Shown here: in pieces, positions 49,501 through 62,454 of the stretch
How positions within the stretch are numbered: the first letter of the stretch is position 1
Layout: the number at the start of each line of letters is the position of its first letter
Origin: Octopus sinensis
Lineage: Eukaryota
Reading direction: 5' to 3'
Length of the DNA stretch: 64,000 nt
Assembly (NCBI RefSeq): GCF_006345805.1
Contig: NW_021834785.1
Coordinates: 20,995-84,994, forward strand
Notes under the pieces: generated by a model
Seen by the model: only the letters and a program-made list of their open reading frames with translations
Told to the model about the DNA's origin: nothing
Database searches by the model: none
Program-made: the position numbers and the translations under genes

Positions 49501-50511
49501 AACTACTACTACAACTACTACTGTCACCATCACCACCACCACCACCACCACCACCACCACCACCACCACCACCAGTAACACTAAAACTACTACACTACCA
49601 TCGCCAACACCATCACCACTATCAACAGCAATACCAACGCCAGCACCACAACCATCGCCACCGTCGCTATCATAAACTCAAACCACCACCACCACCTTCA
49701 CCGCCATAATCATCATCACTCCCACCAAAAACACTATCATCATCATCATCATCATCATCATCAACATCCTCATGAGTCCTCACCACTGCCTACAACACCA
49801 CCACTGCTATCACGATCATCATAATCATCATCATCACCAACATAGCACTCAACACTACCACCACAACCTACACCACATCCACCACCATCACCAGTACACT
49901 CACAACCACCACCACCATTATACTACTACCTACTACTACTACTACTACTAACTACTACTACTACTACAGGCATCACCAATACAAACACTAGCACCAACAA
50001 CAACATTATTATCATCACCAATACCACTACTCCTATCAATGTCACTACCACTACCAATATCACCAGCACCAGCACCACTACAACCACTACTACCAATACC
50101 ACTATGACTACCAAAACCATCAGCACTACTACCACCACACCACTACCGCCACCGCCACCATGACCAACACCATATACCATCACTATCACCATGACCGATA
50201 CCGCTACCACTACCAACACCAGTTCCACCTCCCAACTCCTTTACCACTTCCATTACCACCACCAATACTATTATTAAAACCACCACCACCACCATCACCA
50301 TCACAACTTCTGGTACTTATGCCACTACCAACACCATCGTCACTATCACCAACACAACATTAACTTCACTAGTTAAACTACTACTACAATTACCAATAAT
50401 ACCACAACTACCACCGCCCATACCATTACAACCATGACCCCACTACAGTCATACAATAACACAAATGCCACAACCATCGTCACCACCAAAATATACAAAG
50501 CACTAACACTC

Positions 50512-50543
<32 letters not shown>

Positions 50544-50670
50544 CGCCACCACCACTACCGCCGCCAAATCCTCTTCAACACACACACACACACATCACTA
50601 CTACCACCACCACCATCATCTCTATCAACATCAACACCACCGCTACCACCACGGTCACGACACGAACCAG
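49005..50670. repeat. Large cryptic trinucleotide mosaic (GCT/GTT block, then ACC/ACT/ATC block)
   Basis: Direct reading; source of the poly-T/P/H/L/V ORFs. Confidence 0.9.
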
Positions 50671-50671
50671 T

Positions 50672-50830
50672 GACTGTGTCTTTACACGGCCGCTCGATTT
50701 GCTAGAAATAGATACTAAATTTCCGTCAAGTATTATCTCATTTCCTTAGATTCAGAGGAAATAGGTGAGATGGCCATGGCTAGAATGCTTTTAATCACAG
50801 AGCTGATCAGGGTCTAAACAATAACAATAA
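50672..50830 (+). mobile_element. Repeat module H
   Basis: GCTAGAAATAG..AAAT..GATGGCCATGGCTAGAATGCTTTT..CTAAACAATAAC shared with 57255, 59395 and 60262. Confidence 0.65.
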
Positions 50831-51559
50831 CAAAATACATTAAAAAATTACAGAACCAGTAACGAAAATGGTAGCCAAATCTCCCTCGAAGAATTATCGT
50901 AAAAGATGTTTGATAATGTATTTCTGCATTTCCGGTGTGATAGCCATAGTTGTAATAACTTTGGTCACCAGGCTCCCTGATCAGGCTTGACCTAGGGTTA
51001 AAGAACAAAGATAAACACACACACACAATCACACACACATATATATACCCACCTGCACCAACAACATCAACACCATCACCACCGATACCACCGCTATAAC
51101 AACCGCACGCCATCAACACCATCACCACTGGCAGAATACACTAACACCACCACCACCACCACCGCTACAGCTATCACCATCACCAACATCACCATCACTA
51201 TCGCCAACACCACCGTCGCCATTAACTCGTCTACTATATTCCTTATATTTCTTTCTGAATTCGCTCCAACTCTATACTATCTCTCCCAATCTCCCTACTA
51301 CACCTACCCATTACATAACCTCCACTCTTCCTCCTTCTTTAACACTTATTTCCCCTTCCTCTATCTCCATAACTCTTTCTCACCCATCTCCTATTTATCC
51401 AGTTAACGATAATTCAGAACTTTAGTCTTCTGCGGTACCTCTCGCATATATGATACTACGCGTGTGTGTGTGTGTGTATATATATAATATATATATATAT
51501 AATATATATATATATAATATAATATTATATTGTGTGTGTGTGTATCTTATATATATATA

Positions 51560-51594
<35 letters not shown>

Positions 51595-51622
51595 TATATG
51601 TATGTATATATGTATGTAGAAA

Positions 51623-51787
51623 GGCGTAGGAGTGGGTGCCGCGTGGTAAGTAGCTTGCTTACGAACCACATGGTTCCGGGTTCATTCCTATAGCGTGGCA
51701 CCTTGGGCAAGTGTCTTTTACCATAGCCTCGGGCCGACCAAAGCGTTGGGAGTGGATTTGGTAGACGGAAACTGAAAGAAGATTGTC

Positions 51788-51833
<46 letters not shown>

Positions 51834-52033
51834 CTGTGTTTGTAACCCAACATCTCGTGACAACCGATGCTGGTGTGTTTACGTCCCCGTAACTTACCGG
51901 TTCGGCAAAAGATACCGATAGAATAAGTACTAGGCTTACACAGAATAAGTCCTGGGTTTGATTTGCTCGACTAAAGGCGGTGCTCCAACATGGCCGCAGT
52001 CAAATGACTGAAACACGTAAAAGACAGTAAAGA
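51623..52033 (+). mobile_element. SINE-B, full length
   Basis: As 8897. Confidence 0.93.
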
Positions 52034-52221
52034 TATATATATATGTATGTGTTTGTATGTGTATGTGCATACGTGTGTGTATATGTGTGTATGTATTTTT
52101 ACGAAGATGCGTGTGCACCTCCATATCTACTTGCATAAACGTGGTTATAAATAGATATGTGAGTATATATACCAGCATACATACGCACACACACATACAC
52201 CTACTTATATACATACACCCC

Positions 52222-52268
<47 letters not shown>

Positions 52269-52331
52269 TATATATGCCTGTGTATCATTTGTAGTATGTA
52301 TGTATGTACACATGTATTATACACCTATCTC

Positions 52332-52374
<43 letters not shown>

Positions 52375-52375
52375 A

Positions 52376-52411
<36 letters not shown>

Positions 52412-52565
52412 CATGACTCGAGCATTAAATTATGCATAAATACAGGTAGAAATTGAAGAATAGATAATCTATATATAAGAAATTGAATGTAGGTGTATAT
52501 ATATGCATAGACCGATGAATATATACGCGTAACTATACATACAGGTACAATCATGAATATACATA

Positions 52566-53018
52566 TTCTTTTATTATTTTAGTTGTTTCAGTCATTTGAC
52601 TGGGGCCATGCTGGAGCACCGCTTTTAGTTGAACAAATCGACTCCAGGACTTATTCTTTGTAAGTCTAGTACTTATTCTATCGGCCGATTTTTGCCGGAC
52701 AGCTATGTAGCGGGGACGTATACACACCAACACCGGTTTTCAAGCGAGCAATGGTGGAGGAACAAACACAAACACAATAGTTAATATATATATATATTCA
52801 TATATATATATATATATATATATATAGATATATATATATATATAATATATCTATATATAATATATATTATATTATATATATGGTACGGGCTTCTTACAGT
52901 TTCTGTCAACCAATCCACTCACAAGGCTTTGGTCAAGCCTGAGGCTATAGTAGAAGACACTTGACAAACTGCCACACTGTGGGACTGAACCCGGAACCAT
53001 GTGGTTGGGAAGCAAGCT
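52566..53018 (-). mobile_element. SINE-B, head truncated against SINE-A
   Basis: Homology ends at AGCAAGCT, where a SINE-A tail 1 begins. Confidence 0.9.
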
Positions 53019-53255
53019 TCTTATTTCTTTACTGCCCACGGGGTCTACACACAGAGGGGACAAACAAGGACAGACAAACGGATTAAGTCGATTATATCGA
53101 CGCCAGTGCGTAACTGGTATTTATTTAATCGATCCCGAAAGGATGAAAGGCAAAGTCGACCACGGCAGAATTTGAACTCAGAACGTAAAGTTTGGCAAAA
53201 TGCCGTTCAGTACTTTTGCTGGGGTGCTGAAAATTCTGTCAGCTCGCCACCTTGA
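53019..53255 (-). mobile_element. SINE-A, tail 1
   Basis: Head CAGCTCGCCACC (reverse complement), core and tail 1. Confidence 0.88.
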
Positions 53256-53267
53256 ATAAAACTAATA

Positions 53268-53622
53268 AATATTCTTTTCTGCTCTAGGCACAAGGCCCGA
53301 AATTTGGGGGGAGGGGACCAGTCGATTAGATCGTCAGCAGTACGCAGCAGGTACTTAATTTATTGACCTGGAAAGGATAAAAGGCAAAGACGACTTCGGA
53401 GGGATTTGAACTCAGAACGTAAAGACAGACGAAATACTGCTAAACATTTCGCCGGGCGTGCTAACGTTTCTTATTTCTTTATTGCCCACAAGGGGCTAAA
53501 CATAGAGATGACAAACAAGGACAGATAAAGGGATTAAGTCGATGACTTCGACCCCAGTGCGTAACTGGCACTTAACTCATCGACCCCGGCCTGCTGACGT
53601 TTCTGCCAGCACGCCGCCTTAG
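53268..53622 (-). mobile_element. SINE-A dimer (unit 1 internally deleted, tail 1; unit 2 tail 2)
   Basis: Junction GAAATAAGAAACGTTAGCACGCC (reverse complement) near 53465. Confidence 0.88.
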
Positions 53623-53738
53623 TAATAATGAATATCAAATGTCGAAAACTCCATCATTTGATAATGATCAACTCATATCAATCATAGGCTCTTGACTAAG
53701 TAATATATGTACCAGTATCTTTTGTTTATGTATATATA

Positions 53739-53771
<33 letters not shown>

Positions 53772-53975
53772 TTTAAAAAATTCTACAAAATTTTTTGCCA
53801 CCCTATATTGATTAATTATGAATTTTCTGGTTAATTCCGTAATGGAATCGGCGGCTTATATTTATTTGCTGCCGATAAATTTGGCGGCGAGTGCGATGAT
53901 TTGAAAATTTTAGGTCAGATATTGCCGAGGCAGGGAGAGAAGTGCCTCGTGAAATATCTGTTCCGATCTGGCTGT

Positions 53976-54078
53976 TTTCTTACTGACGAATCTATCGGCC
54001 TATGGAAAATTGGCTTGATTTAATTTAATCAGGTTATTTACCATTAAACAATAGATGAAACGGTGATCGTATAAGAAA
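53976..54078 (+). ncRNA. Type I hammerhead ribozyme with extended stem II
   Basis: TTTCTTA-CTGACGA-ATCTAT(55 nt)ATAGAT-GAAA-CG(GTGAT)CG-TA-TAAGAAA: canonical core, 7-bp stem I, GUA triplet with predicted cleavage after A54071. Confidence 0.88.
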
Positions 54079-54210
54079 TTACAGGGTAAATGTTTTTTTA
54101 ATTTTCTCCTGGTTTTGCGGAATTAATGTTATTTGCGTTGAAGCTTTGCTGTTATTTCTAGTGGGTGAATGGCCTATTATGGCCGTTCCTTGATTGTGAT
54201 ATATATATAT

Positions 54211-54289
<79 letters not shown>

Positions 54290-54299
54290 TTGTGTGTGT

Positions 54300-54500
54300 G
54301 TGACATCGTGTGTACCGTTGGCGATTTTTTTTCCTCTGTCTTCCCTTCTCTGGATCTTTCCTTCTCCTATGTTTCCGACGAAGAGCTCCGCTCGAAACGT
54401 TACATACTCCTTCTTTCCTTCTTTCCTGAGCGTCCAATAATACTATATTTGTTCCACGTCCTCCCGCTGTGTTTTTTTGTGCTTTCTTGTTTGGATTAAC
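54300..54500 (+). mobile_element. PLE terminal-repeat-like unit P3 with variant HHR
   Basis: TATGT-TT-CCGACGA-A-GAGC(TCC)GCTC-GAAAC-GTT-ACATA at 54368-54406. Confidence 0.6.
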
Positions 54501-54776
54501 TATATATATATATATATGCGTGTGTGTGTATGTATGTGTGTATATATGTATATATATATATATGTATGTATATATGTATATATGTATATATACGTACATA
54601 GCTTATTCTTAAACAAGGATAGTGTTGACAGTGACTCGTTTCGGTTAGTTATGAATATATATAAATATACTTATATGTATGTATGTATGTATCTATGTAT
54701 GTATTATGTATGTATGTATGTGTGTATGTGTGTATGTATGTACATACGTATGTTTCACGATGTGGAGAATATACCG

Positions 54777-55090
54777 TCAGCATGGCCCAAGCGACCTCAA
54801 CATTTCAGGATCACAACGCATCAATACACTGCAACACAGTTTCTTTTCCTCAATGGACCCTGCTCTATTTAACATTGTCCCAAAACAGATCAAAAAGAAA
54901 AAGGATGCCATCACCTTTAAACGGAATCTGGAGAAATTTCTTCAAGGAATACCAGATGAGTCACCAATACCTCGATACAACTCACTCAACAAGAACTCCC
55001 TACTCGAGTGGAACATGATAACATAAAACTTGGCTTAAAGAGGATTTAGATAATTCTATCAGACATGGCATGGACCAAGCTTTCGTCGAA
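54777..55090 (+). mobile_element. CR1/L2-like LINE 3' end
   Basis: TLQHSFFSSMDPALFNIVPKQIK..FKRNLEKFLQGIPDE..NSLLEW*, typical CR1 ORF2 terminus. Confidence 0.8.
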
Positions 55091-55356
55091 ACCTAAGTTT
55101 TACCTACGTTTTATATATACATAATAGCTCTGATAGTGAGAATCCAGACCGTCACCTAATGAATGTCTGATTAAGTGATTTGATTTTAAATTCAATATGC
55201 AACATTACATAACACTTATATGTTACGTGAAATAAATGGCCGTGAATCGAAACGCACGTAGCACTAAACTGATTTCTCCAAATTTTTTCATCAAACATTT
55301 AAAAGGTGACTATCTGGTTCTCATTATCGATACAAACTGTTATATATAAATATAAA

Positions 55357-55440
<84 letters not shown>

Positions 55441-55887
55441 ATATATATTATATATATGTATGTACGTATGTATGTATATCGAACAGTATGAATGAGAACC
55501 CATCATCGCATTCATGTTTAGATAGTCTTTCTATTGTGGGTTAATAAGTCTATCGGTGGTTTCATGTCGAGGGATAATTTAAAAAATTATCAAGCCCTCC
55601 ACATAGAATGTAGGTGCTGTCCGCCATCTTGGATGAAAACTCTACGAAGTCACCTGAGATCGCGCAAGATTTTGGAATAAACAAACAATATACATATCAA
55701 TGCAAACAAATCTCAAATATTATCTCCCTTGCATCAATTCGAATTTACAAACATACACACGTGCATGTCCAAGTATAATGTGTACATTATATACATAAAT
55801 ACATGTACATATAAAATTTAATGAAGTATTATTACCATTATTAAAAATAACAATATTAATAAAGTGGTTAGCGCGTTTAACCTATAT

Positions 55888-56294
55888 ACTCTTTACCCTC
55901 TTTACTCTTTTACTTGTTTCAGTCATGTGACTGTGGTCATGCTGGAGCACCGCCTTTAGTCGAGAAAATCGACCCCAGGACTTATTCTTTGTAAGTCTAG
56001 TAAGTTATTCTATCGGTCACTTTTGCCGAACCGGTAAGTTACGGGGACGTAAACACACCAGCATCTGTCGTCAAGCGATGTTGGAGGGACAAACATATAC
56101 ACACGCATACATATATATATATACATATATACGACGGGCTTCTTTCAGTTTCCGTCTACCAAATCCACTCACAAGGCTTTGGTCGGCCCGTGGCTATAGT
56201 AGAAGGCACTTGCCCAAGGTGCCATGCAGTGGGAATGAACCCGGGACCATGTGGTTGGTAAGCAAGCTACTTACCATACAGCCACTCCTACGCC
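55888..56294 (-). mobile_element. SINE-B, full length
   Basis: As 30833. Confidence 0.93.
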
Positions 56295-56459
56295 TATATA
56301 GGTAAAATATACAAAAAGATTAGGAAACGGGAATACCACTTGCTAGAAACAGGAGTTAATAAATGTCTTGCTATTAAGAAACACGTACGGTGAATGTAAC
56401 TTCTACTTCTAGAAAGTGGTATTCCGCCACTCCAATTTATTTGTATTCATGCACACACA

Positions 56460-56519
<60 letters not shown>

Positions 56520-56904
56520 CGCGCGCGCACGCACGCACACACACACACACACATGTGTTGTTTGTATTTGTAACTTTGTACTATTTCTCTGATTTTTTGC
56601 GTCCTTGTTTACGTATAACTTCACTTGCTTTCTTCCAAAGAATCTAATGCACTTAGCTTAGATGTTTTGGGAGCCGGCCAGATTGAAGCAGTCTCGAGTG
56701 CCACCGGCCGAAACTACAGTGACGATCTGGAACTTGACTGACGATAGAAAATGATCAGTCCTTGTTTTTTTCTGTCCTTTTTTGTATCGTCTAACTGTCC
56801 AGATGTTTTGTTGTCGCCTGTCACGTTCTTGTTCCACTTTTTAAAAAAAATTATATATACATATAGCGGTGTACGTACGCTTTTGGTCTCCTGTATGTAT
56901 GTAA

Positions 56905-56958
<54 letters not shown>

Positions 56959-57254
56959 GATACCATTCAGGGAGATATGTATACACATATATGTATGTAT
57001 TTTCTGCCAACATCATATAAATATGAGAAATTCTATAGTTTAATATGTATATTATTAAACTATAGAAAATATTCCTGTCTGAACTGACGGTCTACTAGGA
57101 ACATTGTTATGAAGACACTTCAGTGAAGGAAGCCAAGTATCATATCTGGTCAAGCAATACAAGGATTGGCAGCTCTGGTTATTTTTATTTAAAGTTGGCT
57201 GGAAGAATTTCTTGGTGCAGTCTGTGTAAGATGTTGGCAGCCATGGGAGCTCTT

Positions 57255-57420
57255 TGTCCTGGGATCACTGCATAGAGGTTGCTCGATCAGAGCCAACCTG
57301 GGTTCAAACATCAACATCGAGCATGTTCTGTGTGATCGTTGGACTTGCTAGAAACAGCATTTAAATCTCCTTTAAAATATACCCTAATGTATTAATACCA
57401 TATAACTCTTGGAATGACAG
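57255..57420 (+). mobile_element. Repeat module H (tail end followed by a new unit)
   Basis: GAGCATGTTCTGTGTGATCGTTGGACTTGCTAGAAACAGCATTTAAATCTCCTTTAAA almost identical to 59572-59630. Confidence 0.7.
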
Positions 57421-57571
57421 GAAGAGAGAGGAAGACAACTGCTCACAGGTTCGATAGAAAGAAAGAGCATCTTGCTGGCTCTAGAACAAGTGGGAAGAAT
57501 TGAGCTCGAAAGCAGAAAATGGGAATTGGTTGATTATATGCCGCTGGTCCGCCAACGAAAGGACGTAGTGA

Positions 57572-57596
57572 TTAATAATAATGATAATAATAATAA

Positions 57597-57653
<57 letters not shown>

Positions 57654-57960
57654 TGTGTACAGTGCTCAGGTGCATTACAACTCATCTAAAGTGTATATAT
57701 AATCAGATGTAGTTTCGGCGGATTTCGGAAAGCATGAGGGCCTTAAAGGATGCAGTGTCATGGCAGTCAACAACTGACGCAGGCAGTTTATTCCATGCTT
57801 CAGCAACTCTTAAGGTTTGAAACACCTGAAGGAAGTTGGATACAGCCTGAGCATTACTCCATATGTACGAAAGCTGGTAGTACGCATGTGACCGGTTCTG
57901 CTTGTTTCTCAAGATGGGTCTAATAGTAAGAACACATTCAATAATCGTTGGATGCAAAAT
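57572..57960 (-). mobile_element. CR1/L2-like LINE 3' end with (ATT)n tail
   Basis: TLRVAEAWNKLPASVVDCHDTASFKALMLSEIRRNYI*, short UTR, then (ATT)n. Confidence 0.8.
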
Positions 57961-57994
57961 GCAGATACACTATCCATAAGATAGGATGTATAGC

Positions 57995-58215
<221 letters not shown>

Positions 58216-58589
58216 GTCTGTCGGTCTACACAGGCACACACACACAAATACACATACAGAAACAGAAACGTACCTGTTACTATAAGAGCAGCAATGATCA
58301 TATCTAAAAAAAAAACCCCATATATATTGATGGAGATAAACAACATATATTAGACATTGGACAAACTATTGTCATATAAATTATGGTCAGCTCTTCGGGT
58401 TCACTGAAACATGAATGAGTTAGGCTAAATTCGTTACAGTAAATAGTCTCCACTCTGTATATAGTGAGTTAATCTCAGCAGATTCGATTCTGACATTGAT
58501 CCCTGCAGAGTCTCTAACATAAGTGGCAGCTATATAGTTGGATCGAATCAATCAACTAAAGAATATTTGTGATTAGTATTGTTGTTGGT

Positions 58590-58916
58590 GTTGTTGTTGT
58601 TGTTGTTGTTGTTGATGATGATGATGAGGTAGCCGTAATCAGCTCTGATGGAGCACATATATGCCATCTCTGATATTCTGTCTAGATATAAAAAGAACCT
58701 CTTTCATGAACTTTTTCTCTCCCTCCTCCCACCGCCACTTCCTCCTCCTCCTCTTCCTGATCATGATCATGATCATGATCATCATCATCATCAATCATCA
58801 TGATCAGCATCATCATCAGCATCGGCAGCAGCAACAGCATCAGCATCAGCAGCAGCATCAATATCGTCGTCGTTTTCATCGTCATTATCATCGTCGTCGT
58901 CGTCGTCGTTGTCATT

Positions 58917-58949
<33 letters not shown>

Positions 58950-59055
58950 GTCATCATCATCATTATCAACATCATCATCATCAGCGAGAGCGGCGGCAGC
59001 TGCAGCAACAGCAGCAGCATCTTCAATGTCGTCGTCGTTTTCATCATCATCGTTG

Positions 59056-59089
<34 letters not shown>

Positions 59090-59090
59090 G
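58590..59090. repeat. (CAT/CGT/CAG) trinucleotide mosaic
   Basis: Direct reading. Confidence 0.9.
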
Positions 59091-59394
59091 TTAGGCTTAT
59101 GCTTTTTAGGCTTGACTATGCGGAAATGGTTATTTAGATATGCTATCATTTACAGATGGTGTTCTACTTTGTGTGCACACAATAAGATTAACGGCAGTGA
59201 GGGTATTAAAAGATTAAGACTTACGTTATTTCGTTAAACACGTTAGAAATCATTGCACACTTTTGTGAAACTCTTACAAAGTCCCATTTCCAATTCCAAA
59301 TAGACAAGAGCGATCACAGCAATATAATCAGCTTCATCATCGTTATAATTAATGACTGAAGCGAGTTTTATATGGTAGGAGGGAGCGTCTATGC

Positions 59395-59645
59395 TGTCAC
59401 GTGACCTTCTAGAAATAGCTGACAAAATCTTTCTCAGTTTAATAAAGGACGTGTCAGGCAAGTAGTTCTTGGGATCACCGTGCAAAGGAAAATACAGGAT
59501 AGCCATAGGTGGATTGCCTTTGGTTATATCGTGCTGGATCAGAGCTGATCTGAGCTTAAACAATAACAACGAGCATGTTCTGTGTGGTCGCTTGACCTGC
59601 TAGAAACAGCATTTAAATCTCCTTTAAATCATACTTAAGATGTCG
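59395..59645 (+). mobile_element. Repeat module H, ~1.3 tandem units
   Basis: CACGTGACCTTCTAGAAATAGC..ATCAGAGCTGATCTGAGCTTAAACAATAACAAC then a restart. Confidence 0.7.
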
Positions 59646-59689
59646 TTCTGTGTCCGAAGAGACCGACAGAAACATTTTAAGTGTGGAAA

Positions 59690-59927
59690 AGGTGGTGAGC
59701 TGGCAGAAACGTTAGCACGCCGGGCGAAATGCTTAGCGGTATTTCGTCTGCCGCTACGTTCTGAGTTCAAATTCCGCCGAAGTCGACTTTCCGTTTCATC
59801 CTTTCGGGGTCGATTAAATAAGTACCAGTTACGCACTGGGGTCGATGTAATCGACTTAATCCCTTTGTCTGTCCTTGTTTGTCCCCTCTGTGTTTAGCTC
59901 CTTGTGGGCAATAAAGAAATAAGAAAC
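59690..59927 (+). mobile_element. SINE-A, full length, tail 1
   Basis: GGTGGTGAGCTGGCAGAAACGTTAGC..GTTCAAATTCC..TGTGGGCAATAAAGAAATAAG; close to the apparent consensus. Confidence 0.95.
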
Positions 59928-60029
59928 ATGATAAGTGTGGTCATAGCTTGAACGTTCTTAAGTCTTCACAATCAGAGCTGATCTGAGGTAAGCAATAACA
60001 ACAAATATAACAGCAATGACACTCATCCA

Positions 60030-60248
60030 GACCAACCAACTAAACCAAACCAAACCAAACCAAACCAAACGAAAACCAAACCAAACCAAACCAACCAACC
60101 AACCAACTAACCAACCAACCAACCAACTAACCAACCAGCCAACCAACCAACCTACCAACCAACCAACCAATAAGCCAGCCAACCAACCAACAAGCCAGCC
60201 AACCACCAACCAACCAACCAACCAACAACCAGCCAACCAACCAACCAG
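60030..60248. repeat. (AAACC)n/(AACC)n microsatellite
   Basis: Direct reading. Confidence 0.93.
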
Positions 60249-60261
60249 CGGCTGAGTCTCC

Positions 60262-60460
60262 ACGTGATTGTTCGACCTACTAGAAATGGCGGTTAAATTT
60301 CCTAAATTTCCAACTAAAACCCTTGAAAAAGGAAGCTCACATTGAATAATATGGTCTCAAGATACATTATATCTGGAAAAAGATGGGATGATCGTGGCTG
60401 GAACGCCTTTAAATTGTAAATATGATATTCATTTAGGGATGAACAGAGACTAAACAACAG
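60262..60460 (+). mobile_element. Repeat module H, diverged
   Basis: TTGTTCGACCTACTAGAAATGGC..GGGATGATCGTGGCTGGAACGCCTTT..CTAAACAAC. Confidence 0.65.
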
Positions 60461-60558
60461 CCACGATAGCAACAATTACTACAACAAAAATATCACAACA
60501 CCGAACCATTGATGCTATCGCTATGTAGTGGTTCGCCTTGTTAGATATAGCGGCCAAA

Positions 60559-60990
60559 GGTGGCGAGCTGGCAGAGGCGGCGAGCTGGCAGAAACGTTAG
60601 CATGCCGGGCGAAATGCTTAGCGGTATTTCGTCTGCCGTTACGTTCTGAGTTGAAATTCCGCCGAGGTCGACTTTGTCTTTCATCCTTTCGGAGTCGATT
60701 AAATAAGTACCAGTTACGCACTGGTGTCGATGTAATCGACTTAATCCGTGTGTCTGTCCTTGTTTGTCCTCTCTATGTTTAGCTCCTTGTGGGTAATGAA
60801 GAAACAGGTATTTCGTCTGCCGTTACGTTCTGAGTTCAAATTCCGCCGAGGTCAACTTTGCCTTTCATCCTTTCGGGGTCGATAAATTAAGAACCAGTCA
60901 CGCACTGGGGTCGATGTAATCGACTTAATCCTTTTGTCTGTCCTTGTTTGTCCCCTCTATGTTTAGCCCCTTGTGGGCAATAAAGAAATA
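60559..60990 (+). mobile_element. SINE-A dimer with duplicated A-box segment
   Basis: GGCGAGCTGGCAGA twice at the 5' end; junction GAAGAAACAGGTATTTCGTC near 60800. Confidence 0.93.
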
Positions 60991-61319
60991 ATATATAGCA
61001 GCCAACATTTTTTGAAAGCACAACTTGCTGTTTAAAAAGAATGCTGTATACGTTGAATTATGTAGGTCTGTTATACATTATATCAGGAGAAAGGCGTGGT
61101 AGTCATGGTTAGAACCCCCTTCATTTCGGTCTTTTCGCTTATAGCTGACGAAGGGCTTAACACCAACAACACAATAACAACTACCGTTATACCAGGTAAC
61201 AACAATACAATTTAGCGTGCACAGAGACAACAACAACAACAACGACAATAACGACAAAAAACAACAACAATAATAACAAACCGCAAAAAATAAGGTGAGA
61301 TTAACATTCGCCTCTCGTT

Positions 61320-61358
61320 TGACGTCATTGCGATGTGAGCACGTGACCTAAGATGGCG
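61320..61358 (+). promoter_or_regulatory. Candidate promoter motif cluster (CRE, E-box, YY1)
   Basis: TGACGTCA 61320-61327, CACGTGAC 61340-61347, AAGATGGCG 61350-61358 within 39 bp. Confidence 0.4.
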
Positions 61359-62454
61359 ACTATAGTTTAGCGAAGACTTAAACGATGCCGTTGTAAAGTG
61401 TATATGTATGTGTGAGTGTATGAATGTGTAAGTTGTGTGTGCGTGCGTGCGTGCGTATGTATGTGTGTACGTGTGTTTGTGTGTAATGTATTTTTGATAA
61501 GCTCTTGTGATGCTGCATTGTTGAAGGGTCGATCTGTCAAACTGGCTGTGGTGTGATGAACGGAACAGCTAAGGTTGCCAGTTCGGGAAAGGGGGGGGGA
61601 TTACCGGGACGTGAAGATGAAGATTAAATCACACACACACACACACACACATGCACACACACACACACACACGCACACACACTCGCAAGCACGCAGGGAC
61701 ACGCATATGCATAAGTACATTGCAGACACAGGTACACGCATATTTACATTCAATAACAACTAATATAACAGTGAACTCAAAATGACGCATTGCCACACAC
61801 GTATAGACAGGCGTATACACACATACATTGATAGATATATGCAAGCATATACACACTCCCGTATACACAGGCACATATACAGACACAGACTAACGCAGCA
61901 ATACAAACACTCACACACTCACGCATTGGCTCAAACACTCACACAAATACAGAAATATGCACGCATATACATACACATTCATATATACACATACACACAT
62001 ATATAGACCTAGACTTATACAACAATAAAAAAGTACTCATATGTTCAAACACACCCACAAACACACATGTATATACATATACACACATATATAGACACAT
62101 ACACACACACACAATCTATGAGAAACAATAAAGTAAATGATAAAAACAACCAATCAAGCAAACAAACAACAGATACAAATAAATCGATAATGGCTAAATA
62201 ATTCAAACGATAAATTTAATATTATATCGTCTTTGATTCTTTTCTACTGGTTGTACTTGTACTACTTGATGTTGCTGTTGTTATTGTTGTTGATGTTGTT
62301 GCCGTATATTCATTATCAATTTTGTACTATTTGTAGTAGTTATTATTGTTGATATACTACTTACTGTTGTTGTTGTTGTTGTTGTACTAATTGACGTTGT
62401 TGTTATCGAAATACGACTTTCTGTTTTTGTTGTTGGTTGCTGTATGCTAATGTA

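Noticed and set aside
49310-50363. Mucin-like Thr/Pro-rich and His-rich ORFs (also 58661-59237)
   Set aside because: Overlapping ORFs in all frames, no unique domain, start or splice context; simple-sequence mosaic.
55162-55265. GAAAC-GCAC-GTA as a hammerhead 3' half with upstream CTGATTA
   Set aside because: Core lacks G8 and no convincing stem II; at most a remnant.
59243-59569. 108-aa minus-strand ORF
   Set aside because: About half is the antisense of repeat module H; no recognisable domain.
61145-61165. CTGACGAAGGG..CC hammerhead 5' half
   Set aside because: Sequence turns into (CAA)n before any GAAA; incomplete.
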